DNA of 64,000 bases, taken from assembly GCA_030704615.1 (NCBI GenBank), contig CM060732.1, positions 82,770,001 through 82,834,000 on the forward strand, given 5' to 3'. Shown here piece by piece: positions 25,966 through 36,304 of the stretch. Source of the stretch: Takakia lepidozioides (taxonomy: Eukaryota > Plantae > Bryophyta). The notes under the pieces are model-generated. The model made no database searches and was not told the origin of the DNA. It saw nothing but the letters and a program-made list of their open reading frames with translations. Made by a program: the position numbers and the translations under genes. Numbering within the stretch: position 1 is the first letter of the stretch; each line of letters begins with the position of its first letter.

Positions 25966-28900
25966 CTACCAAGCTATGCTTTTGCTCCAGTTGACGTCAT
26001 TCGACTCTGTCTCCTCTCGTGCTTTGGCCAACAGTTTGACCCCTTTTAGTTGGAATGAAAGCCCATGTTTCTTGTGACAAAAATTCATCCAATATCGGAT
26101 GTTACACTTGACTGCAACGAGATCCCCTGAACGTACGGATTCTCCATCCATTTTTTGGTCATTTTCGTTAAGGACTTCTTTTGTATTGTGCATCTCGTCG
26201 TTGTTTCTTTTTTGACGTTTGTTGTTACCGGACGTCGAGCCAGAGCAGTGGTTATCTTTCACTGTCGGATCAGCATTCCAAATCTCAAGCCATTCACTTT
26301 CACCTCTGGCTCCACAACGGCAGTGGACAGGCTATGTAGCTTCTCCTACATCATTTCGGGCTTGGTGTTCTCGATCTCGTGGATCCTGACCTGATTCAAG
26401 AACTTTGGGCCAAAAGCAGGGTCGGCTATTCTGAGTTGTTTTACGAACGCGCTCATGTAGTGCCTCTTTGCCACGTCCATCTTCGCGTTCATAGATTCTT
26501 CCACTCCTTTTGAGGATCGCTCCCCTGGGTCTTTTTTGGCATAGTACTCTGCTTTTCCTTTCTCTCCAGCCTCCGCAATCTTTTGCTGAACATTTCAGTA
26601 TACAACATATGAGTCAACTGGTATTTTGAATGAACAAGTGGACAGAGCTAGGGAAAGAATACTTACAGCGTACATGTAGTCAAAAAAAGCCTCCCTGGTC
26701 AGCTTGTACCATGTGTCGGCGGATTTAGAGGTCTCGCACTTCTCAGCACTGATAAGGTTTTTGAAGGTGACCAGTGGCATTTGGCCCACCTTCTGTATCC
26801 TGAATAGAGTATGGACAAAATTCGTCATCACATGTGCACTTTTCGGTTCCCCTGCAGTCACAACACAAACTCTATGACTTCCTAACCAAGCAATAAAACA
26901 GACAGAATAAAATAGAGAGTTTTGATGGCATTAAGGGTGAGCATTGTACTTACTTGTTGATGTCATGCATAGCCGTGAGAAATGTGGTGATGTTTCCTTT
27001 CGGATCCAGCACCATGGACGCCACCAGGTAGTGCCAGTCCTCTTCTGTGCTGTGATATTTGTTTATGACGTTCATCCAGACCATGAAGCGGTGATTGTCA
27101 TCCCAGATATGAAACATTTTCCTGGAGAACACCTGTGTGGACAGTCTCTTCAAAATATGGGCCTCGAACTCCTCGTTTACTTCTCGCCATATTGGATCCC
27201 AGCTTTTCACAATTGACTCGACCTCCTTTCCACTGGCGTCACATAAGGACACATAAAACACCGGAGAACCCTCTATGTATTAGGTGACTGAAATCTTGCT
27301 CCAACGAGACATCCCCCGTCAGGGCTGGTCGAACGATTGGCATTGATATTAGGTGGCAGAGATGGATCATAATCTTGCCTCCAGGTACCTGCATAGACTT
27401 GATCACCTGTGCGGAATTGACCTTCTGGTACACCAGGACCTTTGCCGCCCGCTCTTCGTAGAAATGATCGTCTTCTTCCACAGGCTTCTCAGTCACTGCC
27501 TCCTGCTGCTGCTGTTGCTTTTCATATCACAATCCTTTCTTTTTCCTCCCCTGCACTTCCTATTACAGCCTTTCTGTCATTCTACAGCTACATTTTCACG
27601 ATCTTGCACCTACCAGAATTGAGTGCGGTGGCGCACTTAGTTTCGAGACTCACAAAGGATCGGAACAGACGAACAACAATTCTGCAAAACAACATACAGA
27701 ACCCTGCTTTGCTATCAACATGAATTGAGTGCGGTGGCGCACTCATTTTGGACACCTTTAAGGACATCTATGAAATCATGTACATTGCAGGCACTCCATC
27801 TCTACTCACTCAATGGCTCCTCCGTCGCTTCCTCTTCCACATTGTGTTCATCATTCTGGAGGCAGAAACTAAGTACCGCACTCAAATTTGTACAATTGTT
27901 TCTTCCACGACATTCAAATAAAAACCTCTTTTTCCATCTCACAAGTGGACATTTCCCTCATCCAAGGCTGCTACAAAAAATTGGGTGTGGCAGCGCACTC
28001 AATTCTGGGCCTCACTCTGTCTGTCATTCAGCAGTTTCCATATCAACTTCGTCTTCATACAGTCTTCAAAGATCGGCGACTCCCCTGTTAAAATTGAGTG
28101 CGCCACCGCACTCAATTTCCAGGGTGTTCTGTGTTTGTTTCCCACAAGTAAAAAAATAATGGTTTTTAATTTCCACAATATTTTCTACATTATGATTCAT
28201 CTCAGACATCATCAAATCAACCATCTACAGGTGCTCAAAAAACTGAGTGCGCCAGCGCACTCAGTTAGCCCTCCCCTCTATCTGTCTGCTTTCTATTTCG
28301 AGTTCACCGGGGTCTTTACCTCTGTCCACGAAGATGGTCGACCACACCTCATAACTAGGTGCGCCACCGTACTCAGTTTCCGGGTTAGAGTTACTGTGAT
28401 TCTCACAACTCAAAAGAGATCTCACTATGAATAAACACACTTTCTAACTATCGTTTCACCTCACTCATGAGCAAATTAACCATTCCATGGTGCTCAGAAA
28501 CTGAGTGCGGTGGCGCACTTAGTTCTAGGTGACCACTCCGCTGTCTCTCGGCCCCCACTCTGGACATCACCTTCCTCTTTCCCTAAGTCCCAAGCGATCG
28601 CCTAACATCCCTTAAAAATGAGTGCACCACCGCACTCAGTTTCCCCGTGTCTCTTTCAGGCTTCCATTGCAAATCCTGCTACCTCTATGTATTCACCTCA
28701 GCCCACAACGGAAGTGATAGAGCTCCCCTGCCCTATTGCCATCAATAAGGGCGTTTTCTTCAAATGTGGATGTTTGGTGATTTGGATGAAATATTGCACG
28801 GATGAGTCCTGTGTTCGCCCTCGCCCACACGGATTTTGCCTTCTTCGGACAGAAAACATCCTCAACGTCAAGAACCCCATCTACGCGTGCGTCCGGGGTC

Positions 28901-29010
28901 GGATATTTCCCGGGTGCGGCACTCAATGCACTGTCCAGGTTCACGTGGTAGAACGCCGTAAAGCGCACATTGGATTGCCATATCCAAGATGGTGCCGTCC
29001 TATCCCGGTA
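25966..29010 (-). pseudogene. Decayed multi-exon TE-associated gene with a ParB/Srx-like domain
   Basis: Segments ~29010-28697, ~27580-26953 (IVRP...FYVS...FHIWDDNHRFMVW), ~26850-26680 and ~26586-25966, mostly with GT-AG borders; frameshifts and an in-frame TAG. Linkage of the 29010-28697 exon is inferred. Confidence 0.5.
27617..28641. repeat. Array of nine interspaced 26-bp palindromes AAYTGAGTGCG-(GTGG/CCAC)-CGCACTCARTT
   Basis: Copies at 27617, 27723, 27867 (degenerate), 27979, 28092, 28241, 28353, 28499, 28616. Confidence 0.92.
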
Positions 29011-29683
29011 CTGTGACACTGACAAAATAAACAATTTTGTTCATTTCTCCATTAATTTGGCAACTGCCCAACTGTTTTGGCGGGATGGTTCAATATACTT
29101 GACCGTTATTGGATGATGTGTGGGGCCAAGTATACAACGTGGGCTGAAAGTCTTACAGCAGGTGCATGAGGTAGGTAGCGTCCTTTTCATACGGTTCATC
29201 CCTGTGGATGTTTCTTAGCTGGGAGATATACCTCATCCGTGAGGGTATGTGCTGTTTTGGAGTGGGCCCACCAAAAACAGCCTCGTCCATTAAGGGTTAA
29301 GGGCTTGGGAACTTAAGGGTTAACATTTCTGAACCATGAGAAGCATTGCGGCATTGATGAAGCCAAGCTGAGAGAAGGCCGCACACCAGCCTCAGTAAAC
29401 TCGTGTGACCATGGCACGCGTGCGCTCTGATTAGCACCCGGACCCAGCAACGAAACTAGCCGAATGTCACAGTCCTGTGGGGCCCCTCACACCAACCGAT
29501 GTCGTTACAAATCTTCAGCTATATCGAAGCTCAGTTCTCTCTGAGCTGAGAGGGAATGGGTATAACTATCAACTAGCAAGGAGGGATCGAATCATATGGA
29601 ATCCAATGCCTACTCAGCCTGTCCAAACTTCCAAAGCTGATGAATGTGGGTGACCGTCTATGTGAACAAAACTTCAGATATAT

Positions 29684-32600
29684 ATGGCAGCGTGTTCCGG
29701 CCTTCTGTTGAGTGCGCATGCGGACTCCATACCCAAGGCCCTGTCTTCTCGTTTCGGTCATGCAAGAGGCCTCACATCATGCAGATTAAGGGGCTTGGCT
29801 GTGGAGCCATCCTCCTCGGCAAAGTACCAAGGACTTAGTTCCTTGCAAGTGATGGCTAGAGGGCATCTCAAACCTTCAAGCATGCCAATGAGATTAGGTA
29901 ATAATTTCACGAAACTTTTTGGCGGTTTTTTTTGGGGGGGGATGCTGTGTTGTATGCACAGGAGGATCCAGGCTGAGATATCCAGCGTAAACCCACCTAC
30001 TTTGGGCGAAAGCACGCAGGGTAGTCGGACGAGGGCCATAATAGGTATGTGGCATGTAGGTCAACGCTTGAGCATGCAACAGCGGTGGCAGGAGTTCTTT
30101 AAGGATCGTTCACAGAGGTGGGACTACAGGGTTGACAAGGTGAATTTTGTTCATGTGGGATTCGAAGGATCGTGTCATGGAATAGAGTTTGACTGATTCT
30201 CGTACGATAATGTTTTGTGAACTGGATTATGGCCCTAGCTGTTGAGTGAAGTTACAATCTCAATTTGTTCTGCAAAATCTGCTCTTATTGTCAGTGATGT
30301 CAGTATCGTTGGTTGTTCTTTCTAAGCAGGGCGTGAAATCAGGAAGAGCAAAGTCTTTTCCCTGGAGTTTGCAAGTTACTGGGGAGGGTTGATGGTTGTG
30401 GGCTTGGTTAAACTGTGGCTGCTCAGCTGCTCCCTGGTGGTTTTCACAGACCAATCCGATATCTCCAGACTACCAACGTAAGCAGTGCACGCAAGAGGAT
30501 TGAGGGTGGGTTCAATCCTCCTTGGGTGAAAGTAAAGCTCATTGTCATGGCACAAGGTCGAGGACAGTCTAGTGATGGTGGAGAGATATCAAAGTGTGGT
30601 TCTGATTTTGGTGTGGATGGTGGAGCTCCTCCTACGCTTGAAGATGAAAGTGAGCATGACTTGCAGTGAGCCTGATTAGAGGGGCCGCCTTGTCATGCAC
30701 AAGCTTGTTTAGCATCTATAAGTTTGGCCATGTTTGCATGGTCCTCATTGTGTTAAATGCAATAGAGCCCAGAGTGACTTGCATGAATGTATTTGAAAGC
30801 TTCCAATTTCCAGTACAGAAAGAAACCTGTCAACTTGTTGATGCTCTTTTGAGTTTCTGGCATGAAGGTCAACCATGGAGTATGGAACAGCACTGGCAGG
30901 AGTTCTGGAAAGATCCTTCACAATGGTGGGACAACCTACATGGCAAGGTGTGGGCTTTCTTCTTACATGATGTGAAGAAGGTTTTCTGTTCTGCAAAAGT
31001 GGCTGTCCCTGTCTGTATCATAGGTTGTTGTTCCTAAACAGGCCATGAAATTGCATTGCGCAAGGGTTTTTCTCGGTGTTTACAAGGTACTTGGGAGGGT
31101 CTTCTTGGTTTTGGGAGGCCGTCTTGAAACTATGGCTGCTCAGCAGCTCCGTGGTGGTTCTCACAGACCAACCCAAGATCATCGGACTACACACCTAAAC
31201 AGCGCACACTAGAGGTTATTTGGATTCGGGGTTGGTTGAATCCTCCATCGGTGAAAGAAAAGCTTGCTGCTTTCATGACACAAGGTCAAGGACAATGTGG
31301 TGAGTGGACCTCCTTCTTCAACGCCTTTAAGCTTGTTATGTCCTCTTATCAGATACATCCCTGATTTTTAATCTCGAGTTTTAAGTTCGCTCAGTGGCTG
31401 GATCTATGGTTGTTCTGAGTGTTTTTCACATGTTACTGCAAATGTGGCAACAGGCAGATATCCAAAAGCAGAAAAAAGAGAGGAGGAGAAACTTTGGAAG
31501 GAATACTTTTCGAACCCCAGACAAGGGTTGGACACACGGGGCAAAAAGGTTAAGTTACAGAGAGAAGCAGACAACAAGATGCATGCAAAGCTTTTTTTAC
31601 AAATTGTCATCCTCTGTCCCTCCCAAATGCATTTGCAAAGTCTTGGGAGCAATTCAGCATAGGAACTAGTGGGAATAAAATAGTGTTAGTTTGTTTGCTA
31701 GAAGAAATTTAGGCAGTCATTGTGAGCTGCTACCAGCAAGGGGGTGATCTACACATTAGTGGTGGCGAGGCAGGGATAGCTGAAGGAGGCAGGGATGGGA
31801 GGTGGGTCCAGATTCATCCAAGAGGGCCTGATTTCAAGCACAAGAGTGCCTATGGTCCCCGGTGGATTGATAGCTACAAGAAACCTGCATGGGTAGAAGG
31901 TCAACTGCAAGCAGCAGCAGGGGCACAGTTGATAAAATCAGGCACTCTCACCATGACCACAGCCTCCAAAAGAGGACCAAGAGAGGGAGTCCACAGGACC
32001 TCTTCTGGCAATTCCGGGTATATGAGGACACTATGTGAGGCAGGGAAACTGAAAGAGGCTCTTCAAATTTTGAACCAAGGAAGCATTTCAGCAGATACAG
32101 ATACTTATGTCTGTCTCTTGCATGCGTGCATCAAGATGAAAGGCCTGGAAATGGGAAAGCAGGTGCACTCTCACATTACCCAAAGTGGATTCAAACCAAA
32201 TGTTTTTCTACACAACACCCTTGTGAACATGTATGTTAAATGCGGGAGCATCATGGCTGCACACCAAGTGTTCAACAAAATGCCTGAACGAGGTTTGTTC
32301 ACATGGAATACAATGATGGTAGGATTTACCAAGTATGGGTGTGGTAAGAATGCCTTGGAGACATATGAGCAAATGATGCAGGAAGGGGTGAAGCCCAACC
32401 AGGTCACATTCGTTTGCGTTTGCAATGCATGTGCAAGCCTGGCAGCCCTGGAAAAGGGCAAAGAGATCCATGGTGACATCATCAAAGCTGGAATTGTACC
32501 ATGTGTCATTCTGAACAAAACCCTCATGGGAATGTATGACAAATGCGGCAGCATCAAAGATGCAAAGGGGGTGTTCGACAATATGGCTGCACGGGATGTG

Positions 32601-34718
32601 GTGTCCTGGAATGCAATGATCGCAGGATATGCCAGGCATGGGTGTGGCATGGAGGCTTTGGAGACCTATGAGCAAATGATGCAGGAAGGAGTGAAGCCCA
32701 ACCGGATCACATTTGTGTGTGTCTGCAATGCGTGTGTGAGCCTGACAGCCCTGGAAAAGGGCAAAGAGGTCCATGGTGACGTAATCAAAGCTGGACTTGT
32801 ACCAGATGTCATTCTGAACACTGCCCTCGTGGACATGTATGCCAAATGTGGCAGCATCGAAGATGCAAAGGGAGTGTTCAAAAATATGGCTGAGCGAGAT
32901 GTGGTGTCCTGGAATGCGATGATTGCAGGATATGTGCAGCATGGGTGTGGCATAGAGGCTTTGGAGACCTATGAGCAAATGCTGCAGGAAGGGGTGAAGC
33001 CCAACCGGGCCACATTTGTTTGTATTTGCCATGCATGTGTGAGCCTGGCAGCCCTGGAAAAGGGCAAAGAGGTCCATGGTGACATTATCAAAGCTGGAAT
33101 TGTATCAGATGTCATTCTGAACACTGCCCTCGTGGACATGTATGCCAAATGTGGCAGCATCGGAGATGCAAAGGGAGTGTTCGAGAATATGGCTGAACGG
33201 GATGTAGTGTCCTGGAATATAATGATTGCAGGATATGCCCAGCATGGATATGAGCTGGAGGCTTTGCAGACCTATGAGCAAATGATGCAGGAAGGGGTGA
33301 AGCCCGACCGGGTCACATTCACTTGCATTTGCAATGCATGCGCGAGCCTGTCAGCCCTGGAAAAAGGCAAAGAGGTCCATGAAGACATCATCAAAGCTGG
33401 AATTGTACCAGATCTGATTCTGAACAATACCCTTGTGGACATGTATGCCAAATGCAGCAACATCAGAGGTGCAAAGGGAGCGTTTGACAATATGGCTGAA
33501 CGAGATGTAGTGTCCTGGAGTTCGATGATTGCAGGATATGCGCAGCATGGGTGTGGGATGGAGGCTTTGGAGACTTATGAGCAAATGATGCAGGAAGGTG
33601 TGAAGCCCAACCGGGTCACATTTGTTTGTGTTTGCAATGCGTGTGCGGGCCTGGCAGCCCTGGAAAAGGGCAGAAAGGTCCATGGTGACATCATCAAAGC
33701 TGGGATTGTACCAGATGTCATTCTGAACAATACCCTCCTGGACATGTATGCCAAATGTGGCAGCATTGAAGATGCAAAGGCAATGTTCGAAAGTATGGCT
33801 GAGCAAACTGTGGTGTCCTGGAATGTGATGATTGCAGGATATGCCCAGCATGGTTGTCATAGGGAGGCCCTGCAACTATTTGAAGGAATGCAAAAGGAAG
33901 GCTTGAAGCTAGACAGTATCACCTTCATATGTGTTCTCTCCGCATGCAGCCATGTTGGCCTAGTGGATGAAGCACGACACTACTTTAATTCCCTGAGTCA
34001 AGATCACGGTGTCACTCCAAAAGTAGAGCACTTTGGCTGCATGGTCAACCTTCTTGGCCGTGCAGGGCAATTGGATGAGGCAGAGGACTTCATTAACAAT
34101 ATGCCAATCAAACCAGATGTTGTGGTGTGGATGGCCTTGCTTGGTGCCTGCAGAGTTCATGGCAATGTGGAGATGGCAGAACGTGCGGCAACATCTATTT
34201 TCAAGTTGGATGAACTGGACGCTGCAACTTATGTGTTGTTATCAAACATCTATGCTGCAGCTGGCAGGTGGGACGAGACTGCAAGGGTGATGAAAATGAT
34301 GAAGATCAGAGGGGTTAGAAAGGAGTGAGGTCACTGCTGCATTAAGATAGTGCACACCTTCATTGTAGATGACACATTCCATCCAAAATTCAAGGAAATC
34401 TATGCTGAGCTGGGAAGATTGTCTGGGCAGATGAAGGAGGCAGGGTATGTGCCTGACACTCTCGCTTTGTATTGCATGATATGGAGGAGGAGCAAAAGGA
34501 ATTTTCTCTTTGCTACCACAGTGAGAAGCTGGCCATTGCTTTTGGGCTGATCAGCACGGCCCCTGGGACGTGTCATCAAGAATCTTCGGGTGTGTGGTGA
34601 CTGCCACACCGCCACCAAGTTCATCTCCAAGATTGTTGGCTCAGCAATTGTTGTACAAGATGCCAATCGCTTTCACCACTTTGATGGCTGGGTGTGTTCT
34701 TGTGGAGACTATTGGTGA
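29684..34718 (+). pseudogene. PLS-class PPR gene with 3 N-terminal OSB-type PDF motifs, E domain and disrupted DYW domain
   Basis: PDF motifs WQEFFKDRSQRWDYRVDK|TNPISPDY, WQEFWKDPSQWWDNLHGK|TNPRSSDY and WKEYFSNP..DTRGKK|IHPRGPDFKHK; P-L-S triplets in ORF ending 34328; then TGA in the PG box and two frameshifts before HSEKLA...NLRVCGDCH...CSCGDYW* (34716-34718). Confidence 0.9.
32290..33860 (+). repeat. 303-bp coding tandem repeat (P-L-S triplet), ~5 copies
   Basis: ATGGCTG..CG.GATGT.GTGTCCTGG-type motif recurs at 32583, 32886, 33189, 33492, 33795. Confidence 0.95.
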
Positions 34719-36304
34719 AACAGCAGCATCCATGAAAAGAAAGTGCACCACTTAAACATGAAGGGTGAAAGGTATCCTGAATAGTAAAGCGGCAGGAAGA
34801 GCAGAGCTGACAAACCATTTGCTGTCGCATTTTTTGTGAGCTTTCCACCGTGGATGAAGGATCATCCAACACCAGCAGTGAAGTCCCGGAAAAAAAGCAG
34901 TTCCATCGTCGTCTTTCTTCTACAGATTTGTATGTTTTCCTGACTCCAACATTTATTTCTCTGTGCACCTCGATGTGTTTTATTGTTCTCTCCTTCTGTT
35001 TCTCTCCGTAATAGAGTATCCAAAGATTTTAACATCTACCGTTGTTGTAAGGTACTAGCTTTGATAACACCTGGGGAAAAGGAGGGCAGCTGTGCTCAAG
35101 ATCAACAGAATCAACGATTATCTGGAACGACTGCTTCCCGCCATGGTGGGGTAGCTCTTGTAGTGTAGCTCCCTTAGTGCTAGACAGTCAGAAGAGCCTG
35201 AGGAATCTGATGTTAATTTGCGCCACAAGCGCTCTCTTAGGAAGGGCAAATCTAAGGCCCATCTTTCTTTCTTTTCTTCTAGGCACTAGAACTGTGAACA
35301 CCAGCTTCTAGTCCTTCACAGCTCCATACCCTCACTGCGGAATCTTCGTGTCCTTAGCTTCCTGCAGCTCTTCCTGTTTTTAAGTAGGGGCGGTGTCCCC
35401 GCACTCCCTATCTCATCCTCATGGTCTGTTCTCCGAGGTTATTTTTTCCTCGCTTATTTCAATACATTTCCCTGGCCCTTCTATTGGCCTTTTACCAGAA
35501 AAAGAAGTAAAAAAAAAAAATAGCGGCATAGATTATTCCTCACATGACTGGAGGACGGCCGAAGATAAAGAAGGAAAGGCTAGGGCCCACACAGAGGGCG
35601 CACCATGCTGATCCTTAACAGTTTATATGCATTGTTGCATGAAACAAATTCACTACATAGAACGCTTGGGCTTTACCAACACTCCTCAATCCAGTTGAAG
35701 GAAAAGCTCCTACTTCAAGGCACAAAGATCCATCCTTAAAAAGGCTAGATAATGAACACCCATAGCCATTCACAGTTAAAATTAATACTTGAGAGATTGC
35801 TCTGCTGGCATACAACCTTAAGGATGATGCCCTCAAGCATTGCCAAGGGCCAGCTTGGCATGAATTCAACAGACAACCTTGGTAAACACTAACAATGATG
35901 CCCATTGACTCAGGATTTGATAAAAGGTAACACCCACAAAAAATGCACCATCCCACGTGAAGATCAAAAGGGTCTGTAGGAATTATACATCATTTCCTCT
36001 TGCCCTTGGTGCCCCACAGGCTGCAACACATCATTCACTGCAGATACTACACCAAGGAGAAAGACTAAAGCACTAGGAGGTGTGACCACCCACACATACC
36101 TCCTCAGCAAGCCCTTCTAAGAAAAAAAGGGAATGGACTGAGTTCTTCCACATTGCTGACCAGAGATTTGGGGATGAGGAGACTTGAAATCAATCTGAAA
36201 GTTATTATAGCCAAAAGGAATATCCAGTGAACATACAACTAACCCTGTGCAGATATTATCTGCCTCAGCTCTACACTGTTCTCTGACACTGAGCAAAAAA
36301 GGCT

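Noticed and set aside
27617-28641. CRISPR array
   Set aside because: Eukaryotic context, no cas genes, spacers 80-120 bp with residual mutual similarity, and repeats in mixed orientation.
29290-29323. Interstitial telomeric repeat
   Set aside because: TTAAGGG is not the plant TTTAGGG, and it matches the TIR+TTAA of the 21344-22881 element.
31722-31811. N-terminus of the 868-aa ORF as true start
   Set aside because: GTG start lies in an intron; the acceptor at ~31811 joins the upstream PDF half-motif.
32171-34160. Long antisense ORFs over the PPR array
   Set aside because: Shadow frames of a repetitive coding strand.
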